Positions 19,841-29,177 of a stretch of DNA of 53,579 nucleotides are shown here, piece by piece. This DNA comes from a virus. Lineage: Duplodnaviria > Caudoviricetes. How positions within the stretch are numbered: position 1 is the stretch's first letter; each line of letters begins with the position of its first letter. The DNA is taken from the IMG/VR virus record IMGVR_UViG_3300032086_004496, positions 1 to 53,579 of that record; one strand, 5' to 3'. Both the position numbers and the translations under genes were made by a program. A model generated the notes under the pieces. That model did not search any database. It was not told the DNA's origin and was given only the letters and a program-made list of their open reading frames with translations.

Positions 19841-19917
19841 TGGTAGGGGACCAGAGACTTGAACTCTGAACCTACCGATTATGAGTCGGTTGCTCTAACC
19901 AATTGAGCTAATCCCCC
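19841..19917 (-). tRNA. tRNA-CAT, most likely Ile2 (lysidine-modified, reads AUA)
   Basis: ACCGA-CTCATAA-TCGGT arm with Ile2-like GGTTAGAGCA D-arm; lacks the fMet GGG/CCC stem; adjacent to tilS. Confidence 0.9.
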
Positions 19918-20523
19918 TTAGTATAATAAATTATATTCCCTTTCTACCATTTTTTTAAATGTTTTTTCGATACCTTTATTTACCTTGCGTGCATGAGGCA
20001 TCATATCGTTTCTGATAATGCTTCTCATAAACTTTCTGTCTGTGTTCCCTGGATCAACCATGAACGGCACTTCTTTACGATTACACCAATCTTCTAGAGC
20101 ATTCTTAGAAGTAGAGATAAAAGGTCTAATTACGTTTTGATTCCTATAAGGCATAAGTCTGCCATGACCATGTAGGGAAGAAAACAAAAACCACTCAATC
20201 ACGTCGTCTAAGTTATGTCCTGTAATAACTTGCTCATGAAATGTTCGAAAGAACTTATACCGCTCATCTCGCCAATGTTCTTCTAAAGATTTTTCGGAGG
20301 GACAATCAAAATAAATGTTACCCACCACCAAAGGAATGTCACGTTCTTGACAAAAATCTTTTACAAAATATTTACAATCTTCTCCAAACGATGTGCCATG
20401 GTCAAAATAGGCAGCAGTTACTTTGTGGTTGTTAGATAAGAAATCTAAGATCGCCATGGAATCTGGTCCACCGCTGACAGCAACAACCAGTTCTCTTGGT
20501 AGCTTTCCTAAAACTCTCAACAT
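19918..20523 (-). CDS. tilS: tRNA(Ile)-lysidine synthetase, minimal N-terminal-domain form (201 aa)
   Basis: AVSGGPDSMA PP-loop, R..RY, TGHNLDD..E, IRPF, DPGN, R..IR; start ATG 20523 with AAGGAG RBS. Confidence 0.9.
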   Translation of the reverse strand: MLRVLGKLPRELVVAVSGGPDSMAILDFLSNNHKVTAAYFDHGTSFGEDCKYFVKDFCQERDIPLVVGNIYFDCPSEKSLEEHWRDERYKFFRTFHEQVITGHNLDDVIEWFLFSSLHGHGRLMPYRNQNVIRPFISTSKNALEDWCNRKEVPFMVDPGNTDRKFMRSIIRNDMMPHARKVNKGIEKTFKKMVEREYNLLY

Positions 20524-20533
20524 CACAACTCCT

Positions 20534-20610
<77 letters not shown>

Positions 20611-20616
20611 AAAATG

Positions 20617-20785
20617 TGAAGAGTTTTCGCCCAAGTACATCTGGACTCCTATGACGTTGGTATCTAACCCTACAGTCCGTTTTCCACACGCAACTCTTCA
20701 AAGGTATGTGGTTACTGAAGGTAGGGACGCTGGCTCTTTGTGCTTCCTGCCAGATCGGTCGGGTTTACCCCTAACACTTATCTTC
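20617..20785 (-). ncRNA. Candidate structured RNA(s) in the tRNA-cluster leader
   Basis: 9-bp stem TGAAGAGTT/AACTCTTCA enclosing GGACT/AGTCC; second element with TAGGG/CCCTA and CTGGC/GCCAG stems. Confidence 0.4.
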
Positions 20786-20807
20786 GTTTATTGTATTTCT
20801 TTTTCAT
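20778..20807 (-). CDS. Putative 9-aa leader peptide MKKKYNKRR
   Basis: GAGGA RBS, ATG, ends CGA AGA TAA. Confidence 0.35.
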   Translation of the reverse strand: MKKKYNKRR

Positions 20808-20815
20808 AGTTTCCT

Positions 20816-21130
20816 CTAGAGTCCGTAGACGCCGATCACGTCTTTTGCTTTGTCTTCAAGGATGTTTCCACGAGGGAAGTTGCGAGCAGGAGCCTTCCAA
20901 GAAGCAGGCTTCCAGATCAAGCCGTCCTCTTTACTGACGAAGAACCAAACGCTCTTGTGATACTCGCCCTCATCTTTGTACACCTTGTAGAACTTACCAC
21001 CCTCGGACACTTTGACATCGGGCACATTCAAGTTTGAAAACTTGGACTCGTAATGCTCGTTGAGCATAGCGACGCACTCGCTAATAAACTCGGGAAGGTG
21101 AAATTCGACTTCGGGATTTGCAGCAGGCAT
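20816..21130 (-). CDS. Phage hypothetical protein
   Basis: Own promoter and AAGGAG RBS; GLIWKPASWKAPA..RGNI motif of a type I recall from large phages. Confidence 0.75.
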   Translation of the reverse strand: MPAANPEVEFHLPEFISECVAMLNEHYESKFSNLNVPDVKVSEGGKFYKVYKDEGEYHKSVWFFVSKEDGLIWKPASWKAPARNFPRGNILEDKAKDVIGVYGL

Positions 21131-21149
21131 TTCTCTCTCCTTGTAACTT

Positions 21150-21177
21150 ATATTATCATGACCCTGGAAGGTGTCAA
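21150..21177 (-). promoter_or_regulatory. Early-type sigma70-like promoter
   Basis: TTGACA-N16-TAATAT with extended TG. Confidence 0.7.
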
Positions 21178-21587
21178 GTTTTTTCTAAGATGGGTTTACA
21201 AAAATAACAAATTTTCAACTCACGATGAGGTGCTTTGTGAATAACTCCGTTTTTTTCTACAAAATTTCCAGAGCACAAAGAACAACAATTGCCACGGCTC
21301 ATATCCCCATTGAAGTGAAGGTCACTGCGTCTGAGTTTGTGGATTTTATCGTGACACTGGCGACACAAAACCACTAAATCAGTAAGACAATTTTCTTGTC
21401 CTTTGTTTTTATAAGTGGCGTGGTGAATGTCAATGTCCCCTCTCCAATCGCCCCCAAAACATACCTCACACTTATCACCATTATAAAATAATGTTTCGCT
21501 CCTTTTATTTTTCCAAACATCTGACTTGAGATAGTCTTGATGTTGTTTCTTGTATTCGGCGCTCTTACTTTTAGAAATATTGATCAT
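21174..21587 (-). CDS. HNH endonuclease-like protein
   Basis: YLKS..W..KR, CEVC, IHHATY, DLVVLCRQCHDKIH, extra CxxC pairs. Confidence 0.75.
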   Translation of the reverse strand: MINISKSKSAEYKKQHQDYLKSDVWKNKRSETLFYNGDKCEVCFGGDWRGDIDIHHATYKNKGQENCLTDLVVLCRQCHDKIHKLRRSDLHFNGDMSRGNCCSLCSGNFVEKNGVIHKAPHRELKICYFCKPILEKT

Positions 21588-22060
21588 TATGATACCAACT
21601 CAAGGTCTCGCTGGGAGTAAAAAGGATTGTAGCTCTCGTTGACACCTTCATACTGGAGCCTATAACTACCGCCAGCTTCGGCTTGGATCACCAGGGCAAC
21701 CTTACCTGCCAACTTCCAACGGTTATTGCGCTTATTATCCTTGAAGCGGACTAGCGAGCCGACCGAATACTTAGGAGGAAGCGGAGCAACGTAGTTGAGT
21801 GCTTGCGTAAGATTGTCAAAGAAAGAGCCTGGGAAGTAATCCGTATGAGGATCGGACTCTTCGCCCTGGCGCTTGACGTGAGGAGTGCTGATCGACCCAT
21901 CACTATTTGTCCAAAACGAGATCACCTGATTAGAGTCCTTGAAGGCAATATAGACTTTAGGGCGACCATTGCCGTGGTGGTCTGCCTGATCAATAAGCAC
22001 CTCACGATTGACAGCTTTGGCACGATTGCGAACTTTCTTGAGAGCGGCTTGGAGCTTCAT
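21587..22060 (-). CDS. Hypothetical protein with C-terminal SH3/KOW-like domain
   Basis: YSVGSLVRF...DLELV; own promoter/RBS cassette. Confidence 0.7.
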   Translation of the reverse strand: MKLQAALKKVRNRAKAVNREVLIDQADHHGNGRPKVYIAFKDSNQVISFWTNSDGSISTPHVKRQGEESDPHTDYFPGSFFDNLTQALNYVAPLPPKYSVGSLVRFKDNKRNNRWKLAGKVALVIQAEAGGSYRLQYEGVNESYNPFYSQRDLELVS

Positions 22061-22081
22061 ATCTCTCCCCCTTACATTAGT

Positions 22082-22109
22082 ATATTATCATGGATATAAA
22101 GGCAGTCAA
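22082..22109 (-). promoter_or_regulatory. Early-type sigma70-like promoter
   Basis: TTGACT-N16-TAATAT; leader shares 20 nt with 37138..37157. Confidence 0.7.
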
Positions 22110-22120
22110 GAAAAAAAGAA

Positions 22121-22288
22121 TTAAAATCCTCCTGGACAATTTTCTGGCATGTAAAAGTCGTTAGACACCGATTCTGTTGGGACTTCAAAGAAGTCCATAT
22201 CAATCATGAAGGTCTCTAGTGCATCCTGTAGAGTAGGAGCCCAAACCTTGAAAGAAACACCACGCACCTGAATTTCAAAGCAGTTCAT
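22121..22288 (-). CDS. Small hypothetical protein (55 aa, MNCFEIQVRG...)
   Basis: Manual translation; AAGGA RBS; fills the gap before the next promoter. Confidence 0.6.
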   Translation of the reverse strand: MNCFEIQVRGVSFKVWAPTLQDALETFMIDMDFFEVPTESVSNDFYMPENCPGGF

Positions 22289-22312
22289 TTATTTTCCTTT
22301 CTTGAACGCTTA

Positions 22313-22507
22313 CTACGCATATACAGATATTGTTCCTTCTGCAATTTTTGCAGAGTTATCTTTCTTTTGTTGTTTATCTTCTTCAGCAACTCTCTCTGCT
22401 TCTCTGCGTGCCTTGATCGCAGCCACACGATGAACATCAAAGTTCCACCAGGCAAAAGCAGGGCTAACAGAATACCAACCAGTAGAGTAAGGACCGTAAT
22501 CACTCAT
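22313..22507 (-). CDS. Small hypothetical protein (MSDYGPYSTGW...)
   Basis: ATGA overlap with the PMM stop and GGAG RBS; a competing frame spans 22285..22503. Confidence 0.5.
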   Translation of the reverse strand: MSDYGPYSTGWYSVSPAFAWWNFDVHRVAAIKARREAERVAEEDKQQKKDNSAKIAEGTISVYA

Positions 22508-23271
22508 ACATACTCCTGTAGTTGAAGAATCAAATCTGCTGGGCTTTCGATCATGTGATATTTTGCGCACTTCATAGCAATATCAAAATCATTACCATCT
22601 TTACAAATCTTATCGCCAAAGAAAACACACTGATCTGGAGTATAATTCAAAGTCTCAAAAGCATATGACTTATCCCAGCCACTCCTTGTGATATCAATCG
22701 AAATTTGACCGCCAAGTCTAAACGATAACCCCCAGCCTTTAAACTCTTCCCTGAGAGTCTTAATAATCCTTTCCCGTTCTCCACTCTTTACATCCCATTT
22801 GACGTAGTCTTCTCTTTGGTCGGTGGAGCAGTTTCTTCCTATAACAGAAAAGTTTATCTGACTATCACGCCACTCAATAAAATTACCTGTTTTAACTTTG
22901 GTGTGCGTGTCCGCAGCAATTCTAAGGAGAGTATTAATAATATGATTTAAGTCTGCCTCAGAATAAAAGTCAGTCAAAGAAACCTTGTGGACCATTTCAG
23001 GATCAATTGGTCTAGTTTCGTCATCCATATCTAATTTGCAGTTATACACTCTTGTGCCATTACAAGAATAAACTGCTTTAAATAATTCTAAGAGATTTTC
23101 TCTTCCAATCTGTTCCTCTACTTTTGACATATCAGAACCAGTAACAATATATAAATCCTTTGAGTTATCAATTTGCCTAAGACACTCAAGGACGTCTTCA
23201 CAGATGGGCTGCCTTGCATCTGTCAAAGTTCCATCCATATCAAATAATAATGCTTTTGGTTCTAAAATCAT
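22504..23271 (-). CDS. Eukaryote-type phosphomannomutase (HAD-IIB, PMM/Sec53 family)
   Basis: FDMDGTLT, VTGSD, INFSVIGRN, GGQISIDI, GWDKS, FFGDK...GND. Confidence 0.88.
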   Translation of the reverse strand: MILEPKALLFDMDGTLTDARQPICEDVLECLRQIDNSKDLYIVTGSDMSKVEEQIGRENLLELFKAVYSCNGTRVYNCKLDMDDETRPIDPEMVHKVSLTDFYSEADLNHIINTLLRIAADTHTKVKTGNFIEWRDSQINFSVIGRNCSTDQREDYVKWDVKSGERERIIKTLREEFKGWGLSFRLGGQISIDITRSGWDKSYAFETLNYTPDQCVFFGDKICKDGNDFDIAMKCAKYHMIESPADLILQLQEYV

Positions 23272-23639
23272 AATAATGGTTCCTTTAAGAATTTTGCTAA
23301 CCTATTCAAGTCTACTGGCGGGACCATCAAATAGGCATAGATGTCGTATTCATATTCGCTTAGCATCGTTATAGAATCTAGCCTAGTAGGATTGAATCTA
23401 TTTTTACGATAATCTGGTACTAACATTATCGTATAGATAATTATCTTCTTATTATCTAAGTCTGAGTCTCCGTAAAAGGCATCGGTAATAATACCGAGAC
23501 GATCTTCTACAATTGACCTAACAAAAGTACCAGGGTCTAGAGCTTCATCAGGATAATCTCTACTTTTACCCTTGGGTATAATTGAATCTATGGCCTGTTC
23601 TAATTGAGAGATTATCTCATTGTCAAATATACTACTCAT
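23268..23639 (-). CDS. Hypothetical protein
   Basis: ATGA-coupled to PMM; PGTFVRS SH3-like segment. Confidence 0.65.
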   Translation of the reverse strand: MSSIFDNEIISQLEQAIDSIIPKGKSRDYPDEALDPGTFVRSIVEDRLGIITDAFYGDSDLDNKKIIIYTIMLVPDYRKNRFNPTRLDSITMLSEYEYDIYAYLMVPPVDLNRLAKFLKEPLL

Positions 23640-23677
23640 ACTATATTAAATACCACCCTTTCCTGTGATAGTTAATA

Positions 23678-24586
23678 TTAGTACTGCGACCATTCCGAAA
23701 CTTGGCTGACGAGATTGTTGATCTCTTGTTCAAGCTCGGCGTCAACCAGTCGCTCACCCGAGCCTTCATCTTTGTTGGTATCCCATTGGTAAACCTTGCC
23801 AGCATCGGGACTGATGAGCGTTACATTGTCACCTTTCCAGCCGCTATCTTTGTTGACAGGTCCGCCGACCACGCCACTTACCAGACCGAAGCCATTTGGC
23901 TCATCATCATAGTAGCCGTAGTGGCTTTGCTGTTTGATGTTTTGAGGGATAGGGAGCCGACCCTCTTTGCCATCAGGCATCCGAACCTTGATGATTGCTC
24001 CCTTGAACCACCGATCAAAATTACGAGGCATACCCTGCTGTTCATCGTAGCCTGGTTCGGCGACCCTTTCCCAATCAATGCCAACAACCATGCACATCCG
24101 TTGTTCATAATCATTCAAGTCCCAACTCCAATCCCGACTGCGCATCAGGGCTCCAGGGACAATGCCAGCCTTGCTTAGGCAAGCAGCGAGAACTCGGTGA
24201 GCCAGACCTTGCATGGCGTCAGCATCCTTGCGGTGCTGTTTCTTAGCAGAGCAGGTCCGAGCGTTGTGACCAGACAGACCACAGAAACCGCAGTGACGAA
24301 CACGCTTGTTTTTGGCAGCCTGGGCGATCTTGCGATCGGCAATCTCTTCCCAAAGCCAGCGGTCACGCCAGGAGATTTCATCCTCGGCATTGCCAGCGGC
24401 ACTGGCAGCCTCGTTGATTCTCCCGATCCAAGAAGTGGAAGCGTAAGCACGCTCTTCTTCCGAACGCTCGATGCCATACTTCTTGGCAAGGTCCTCGACT
24501 CTGGCGTAGACGGCTTTGATATCTGGGCAGCCACGGCGATTATGTCCGAACTGACCACAGTGTTGACATTGAACAGAACGACCCAT
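23678..24586 (-). CDS. Hypothetical protein with two CCHC zinc knuckles
   Basis: CQHCGQFGHNRRGC and CGFCGLSGHNARTC; start MGRSV at 24586 after a GGGAG RBS. Confidence 0.75.
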   Translation of the reverse strand: MGRSVQCQHCGQFGHNRRGCPDIKAVYARVEDLAKKYGIERSEEERAYASTSWIGRINEAASAAGNAEDEISWRDRWLWEEIADRKIAQAAKNKRVRHCGFCGLSGHNARTCSAKKQHRKDADAMQGLAHRVLAACLSKAGIVPGALMRSRDWSWDLNDYEQRMCMVVGIDWERVAEPGYDEQQGMPRNFDRWFKGAIIKVRMPDGKEGRLPIPQNIKQQSHYGYYDDEPNGFGLVSGVVGGPVNKDSGWKGDNVTLISPDAGKVYQWDTNKDEGSGERLVDAELEQEINNLVSQVSEWSQY

Positions 24587-24611
24587 AGGTTTTCTCCCTC
24601 TCTCCATAGTG

Positions 24612-24639
24612 ATATTACCATGGATAAGGGACTGGTCAA
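24612..24639 (-). promoter_or_regulatory. Early-type sigma70-like promoter
   Basis: TTGACC-N16-TAATAT with TG extension. Confidence 0.68.
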
Positions 24640-24719
24640 GAAAAAACGATCATTTTTTGTTAAAATTGATGTTTTTAGAGGTAAAATACTCTAAATTATT
24701 GAAAAAACTAGTTTTTTTA

Positions 24720-26660
24720 TCAACTATCACGCCATAGATTGTTAGCAGCGAACTTTATGACCTCTTCTGCTGAATTTTCATCATATTCATACTCATCGAT
24801 CAGCGTTTTAACCATTTCATTGTATTTTACTTGTTGTTTTTTGTCTCTAGACTTAGATTTGGTCACAATTCGTGAAATTTGCTTGACTGAAGAGGTCAAT
24901 TTGCTCTCAATTGCCTCTTTGAGTGGTGCATATGACTGCCAATCCACTTTTTCGCCTCTTCGGAGCTTAGAAAACATAAAAGCAGTGATGTCAACTCTAA
25001 AATTCTCCTTCGAAGTGCCCGTAATCCCAATTTGTTCCTCGATAGATGCCATAAAAGCTTCATCTGGCTGTATTTCTTCGTTTGTAACAGCATCTTTCAC
25101 TGTTGACATGTTGACATACGCCTCAGCATGGTCCAAATAGTTATTAAAAAGGGCTTCGGCTTGCTCTTCATAAGCAGACACAAAAGCTTTTGTTATTTCT
25201 TTCTCTAAAATGTTCAAATATTCGTCATGAAGTGTCTTTCCAAGGAAATCTAAGTAGCGATTTCTGTCATCTTCGACAACTATCTGTTCTTTTACTTGCT
25301 TTATCAATGCATCACGTATCGAAATTGGAGTTACCATGTTCTTATCACTATCAGACATAGCAGAATCAATGGCTTTCATAATAAAGCGAGTAGAGATACC
25401 TGTCATACCTTCATCTCTAGCCTCATCTCTTAGATCGTTGATGTCTATTTTCTTTACTGTCCCTTTTTCTATGACGTCTTTACCATCATAGAGCTTCATT
25501 TTAGTAAGCGGGTCAACTTTATTTGAAGGATGAAGCCTACTTAGGACCGCAAACATAGAAGCGATCTCCAGAGTATGAGGTGCTATGTGACCATCAAAAT
25601 CAGATAAGCCCAACATCTTCTCATAAATCTTCTGCTCTTGAGAAACCTCTAGACAATAGGGCACGTTAACCCTAACGATTCTATCAAGAATAGCTTCATT
25701 GGTATTTTCAGATTTAAATTTATTCCACTCAGCCTCATTGCAGTGTGCCAAGATGACGCCATCAAAATATATCATGGGTCCTTTGCCTGGAGAGGGTACA
25801 GCTTTTTCCTGTGTTGCAGTAATCATTGTGTGCAAGAACTCAATCTCGTTTTTGAACACCTCCACAAACTCAACAATTCCACGATTACCAACATTAAAAG
25901 CACCATTTAGAGAAAGTACTCTGGGGTCGTCCTCAGAATACATGTCTAATTTTGAAATGTCCTCACTGCCAACTAATATTGTAACATCTTGGCTATTTGC
26001 GTCCATTGGAGGAACGACACCAACTCCTCGCCTACCTCTTACAGAAAAGGAAGATTGTGCGATAGGAAATTTTGTATAGTCATTGTCGAATTCTTCTTTC
26101 AATCTAAATCGACATACAGGACAAAGATCACCTTCAATCTTGATATTATAAATATCTTGAAATTCCTCCCTTAGCGATCTAGGGATCAGGTGCAAAGGCT
26201 CCTCATTTATTGGGCAGCCATCAATATGATACATCGGTTCGCAATCTTCAAGAGCCGACTTGATGTGTTCCAGGAGTGCAGATTTTCCAGCGCCAACTGG
26301 ACCCAGCAAAAGAAGAACCTGACGGCTTTCTTCGCCCTTGAGGGAGGCAGATCTCAAAAATCTCATGACCTTTGCCAGAGATCTTTCCATGCCAAAAAAC
26401 TTGCTTTGGAAATAATCGTAAGTTCTTAATTCATCTCCAGAAAATAATTTATTACATCTTTCTTCTGACTTGTTCATTCTAGTCATACCTTTTGAAGATA
26501 TAACGTCAAACAATCTTTTGTGAGCCAACTTAGGTATTGTTGGGTCTTTTTCAATTAGTTTCAAATATTCTTGCAGAGTTCCAGAAAACTTAGGCTTCTT
26601 TTTTTGCTCTCTATGTTTTCCTACTAGTTTTAGGAACTTATCTGACTTATTGTTCGACAT
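24720..26660 (-). CDS. prkA: PrkA/YeaG family AAA+ serine protein kinase
   Basis: LLLLGPVGAGKS, CPINEEPL, GNRGIVEFVEVFK, NEAILDRI, VPYCL, GMTGISTRF. Confidence 0.95.
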   Translation of the reverse strand: MSNNKSDKFLKLVGKHREQKKKPKFSGTLQEYLKLIEKDPTIPKLAHKRLFDVISSKGMTRMNKSEERCNKLFSGDELRTYDYFQSKFFGMERSLAKVMRFLRSASLKGEESRQVLLLLGPVGAGKSALLEHIKSALEDCEPMYHIDGCPINEEPLHLIPRSLREEFQDIYNIKIEGDLCPVCRFRLKEEFDNDYTKFPIAQSSFSVRGRRGVGVVPPMDANSQDVTILVGSEDISKLDMYSEDDPRVLSLNGAFNVGNRGIVEFVEVFKNEIEFLHTMITATQEKAVPSPGKGPMIYFDGVILAHCNEAEWNKFKSENTNEAILDRIVRVNVPYCLEVSQEQKIYEKMLGLSDFDGHIAPHTLEIASMFAVLSRLHPSNKVDPLTKMKLYDGKDVIEKGTVKKIDINDLRDEARDEGMTGISTRFIMKAIDSAMSDSDKNMVTPISIRDALIKQVKEQIVVEDDRNRYLDFLGKTLHDEYLNILEKEITKAFVSAYEEQAEALFNNYLDHAEAYVNMSTVKDAVTNEEIQPDEAFMASIEEQIGITGTSKENFRVDITAFMFSKLRRGEKVDWQSYAPLKEAIESKLTSSVKQISRIVTKSKSRDKKQQVKYNEMVKTLIDEYEYDENSAEEVIKFAANNLWRDS

Positions 26661-26663
26661 AAC

Positions 26664-27980
26664 TTAAAACTCCCAAGATTCGTCTTCTATTATTGTAGTA
26701 AATCTTACCTCACCTACCCATAAATCGTTAATGTGTTCAAAGACTTTATTAGCTTCTGAAAGTTCTAAGTCTCTGCCATCGTGTTCATGTTCAAGTATTA
26801 GCGTTCCGTCTTTTTTCATTTCCTTTACCAAAACAACTGGAACGCCATTAAGACCCACATTCTTAATTAGGTCGTCCCGAACTGTTTGCCATCCAGAGTC
26901 GTCAGAAATATTTTTTATCGTATTGTAGCCATCTTTTGTATTGAAAGAATAACTAAACAAATTTAGCTCTTTACACAATTCTTCGTTGAGGTAAGTTTTT
27001 ATAAACGTTTCATCGTTATGTGTCTCTCTGACTCTGAGACACTCATTAAAACCCATGTGCTCTTCGATATACTTAAATATCTTAAACCCCAAGTGATATG
27101 GGTTTACTCTTCCCAAATGCGGTCTGACAACTTGATTGTGCAAGCGTATGAATGAAAGAAAATAATCATCTGGGATACCGAGAGAGTTTACAATTTTTTC
27201 ATGTATCATACAAGCCCAGCCCTCATTCATTATTTTGGTGTTAGCTTGTGGGACAAGATACAGAGATTCATGTTCTACAATCCTTATTAGATCCCTCTCC
27301 CATTCCTCTAGAAATCTGTTATTGTCAGCAATGAATCTAAGAAGGTTAGAATCTGGCTCCAGTGGTATTTTGTTTAGGTCAAAGTCATCATACTTTCCAG
27401 TAGTGTCGTTGACCATAAGTTGTTTGTAATACTCTTTAAGTTTTTTATGGTCCCTTCGTTTTATGCCAGGCGATCTTGGGACCTGAAATTTGATTGAATG
27501 GCAAGCATCCAAAATTCTTTCTACGTTCTCAACTCCAATGTTCGGGTCTTCCATATATTTCTTGACCCTTTTAGCAGCAGACTTAAATCTATCAATAACA
27601 GTGTCTGCACCAGTCTCAGCGAACATCCTGTTGTTCTTAAAGAAGTCACTATGACCCACACAATGTGCCATTGTCAATATGTGTGTTGGCATTGGATTTT
27701 CGGTCATAAGATATGAGATACTGGGGTTTGAATTTATGATCATTTCATACGGCAAACCAGACATACCAAGATTGTACTCAGTTTGTATACGATCAAAAGA
27801 TTTACCATAGGACCAGTGTCTATAATGAGTCGGCAAGCCAGTATATGCCATGTGACCAATCATCTCCTTATAGTCACATATTTCATAATCAATTGGATAC
27901 CAATCTAATCCTAGAGCTTCTCCAATATTACAAATTTTTTCATCCCACTCTTGGAGTTCTTCCATCGACCAATCAGACAT
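26664..27980 (-). CDS. spoVR: SpoVR/YcgB family protein
   Basis: HWSYGK, YEMIINSNP, AHCVGHSDFFKNN, TKIMNEGWA, NPYHLG. Confidence 0.95.
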   Translation of the reverse strand: MSDWSMEELQEWDEKICNIGEALGLDWYPIDYEICDYKEMIGHMAYTGLPTHYRHWSYGKSFDRIQTEYNLGMSGLPYEMIINSNPSISYLMTENPMPTHILTMAHCVGHSDFFKNNRMFAETGADTVIDRFKSAAKRVKKYMEDPNIGVENVERILDACHSIKFQVPRSPGIKRRDHKKLKEYYKQLMVNDTTGKYDDFDLNKIPLEPDSNLLRFIADNNRFLEEWERDLIRIVEHESLYLVPQANTKIMNEGWACMIHEKIVNSLGIPDDYFLSFIRLHNQVVRPHLGRVNPYHLGFKIFKYIEEHMGFNECLRVRETHNDETFIKTYLNEELCKELNLFSYSFNTKDGYNTIKNISDDSGWQTVRDDLIKNVGLNGVPVVLVKEMKKDGTLILEHEHDGRDLELSEANKVFEHINDLWVGEVRFTTIIEDESWEF

Positions 27981-29170
27981 CAGGTTTTACCTCCAAACAA
28001 TTTCTTAAATGCTGGCCAAATATGATTATGTTCTTCTAAGCGAATGCGTTTGAAGTTTTTATCCTCAACTAGTTTTGTCCAGTCCCACAATCTTTTTTCC
28101 GAGCTTCCACCAAACAACGAGTACTCGCTGTATTTGTGAAGTCTTCCTATCTCAGTGTAACACATAACTTGATTCACTTCTTTCAGTCTTCTAAAGGCGG
28201 CTAGTGCCTCCTTGTTATCGATTGACCAGTTATCGCCATCGCCGCAGTAAAAAGTATATATGTTCCAGTTGTTTGGGTGATAACGTTTCTCAATAATCTC
28301 TTCTACTTTTTTCAAACCAGTAGAAACCAAAGTGCCTCCATTTGGAACCTTAGTAAAGAATTGCTCTTCGTTGACCTCACTAGCATCAGCGGTATGAGAA
28401 ACAAAGATAACATCAACAGAAGAATATTTGTGATTTATAAATTGGTACAAGAGAAAGAAGAAACTTCTTGCAAGAAACTTTTTTGACTTTGTCATAGAGC
28501 CAGAAACATCCATCACAAAAAATACAACTGCTGCTGTATTCTCTTTTACTACTGGCGCAATGTGCTTATACCGTAGATCACTCTCGTGAAAAGTAAAGCG
28601 ATCCCCACTTTCAGGATCATAGGCACCAGATTTTATAGCTGCCTTTTTTCTTCTAATCTTTTGCTTTATAGTTTCTTTTTTAGAAAGGCGAGGTCTAATT
28701 CCATAAGGTCTCTTACCTTTGCGTTTCATTTTTTCTTGAGTTGTAAACTTGAAGTTTTTCTTTTCTAATTCTGGAAGTTCTAAATCATTGAATAGGTAGC
28801 CAGCCAACTCTTCAAGGGACATCTCAATTTCATACATTTCCTCACCTGGCTTATTGCCAGCTTTTTCTGGATCTCCTTGTCCCGTTCTTGGCTTTCGCCT
28901 GTGACCTATTCTTTGCCCTTCTCTGACCTGCTTTCCTTCAGCAGATCCTACTCTTTTATTATTTTCGTTTTGACCATAAACAAACTGGTGCTCTTTGATT
29001 CCTTTTACAGGAATCCTTATTTTCTTTTTTCCGCTTTGTCCGATAATACTTTCTTCGGCGACAACGTCCCGAATACTTTCTTTTATTGCTTTTTCAATTT
29101 TTTCTCGGTGACGAGATCTGTCACTCGCCGCTCGATCTGCAATAGTTTTATGTTCTCGGAAAATACTCAT
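27980..29170 (-). CDS. yeaH: YeaH/YhbH (DUF444) vWA-like protein
   Basis: DRSRHREKI, DLELPEL, DLRY, MDVSGSM, GGTLVST, WNIY, GDGDN. Confidence 0.93.
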   Translation of the reverse strand: MSIFREHKTIADRAASDRSRHREKIEKAIKESIRDVVAEESIIGQSGKKKIRIPVKGIKEHQFVYGQNENNKRVGSAEGKQVREGQRIGHRRKPRTGQGDPEKAGNKPGEEMYEIEMSLEELAGYLFNDLELPELEKKNFKFTTQEKMKRKGKRPYGIRPRLSKKETIKQKIRRKKAAIKSGAYDPESGDRFTFHESDLRYKHIAPVVKENTAAVVFFVMDVSGSMTKSKKFLARSFFFLLYQFINHKYSSVDVIFVSHTADASEVNEEQFFTKVPNGGTLVSTGLKKVEEIIEKRYHPNNWNIYTFYCGDGDNWSIDNKEALAAFRRLKEVNQVMCYTEIGRLHKYSEYSLFGGSSEKRLWDWTKLVEDKNFKRIRLEEHNHIWPAFKKLFGGKT

Positions 29171-29177
29171 ATTAATA

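Noticed and set aside
19841-19917. Calling the CAT tRNA initiator or elongator Met
   Set aside because: Lacks the three G-C pairs and C1:A72 mismatch of fMet; Ile2-like arms and adjacent tilS favour Ile2, though elongator Met is not formally excluded
20717-20785. SRP RNA or c-di-GMP-I riboswitch identity for the structured element
   Set aside because: Only fragments match (AGGAAGCA, GGTAAACC); the remaining consensus is absent
22285-22507. Embedded spanin pair
   Set aside because: Neither frame has a lipobox Cys and no lysis genes are adjacent
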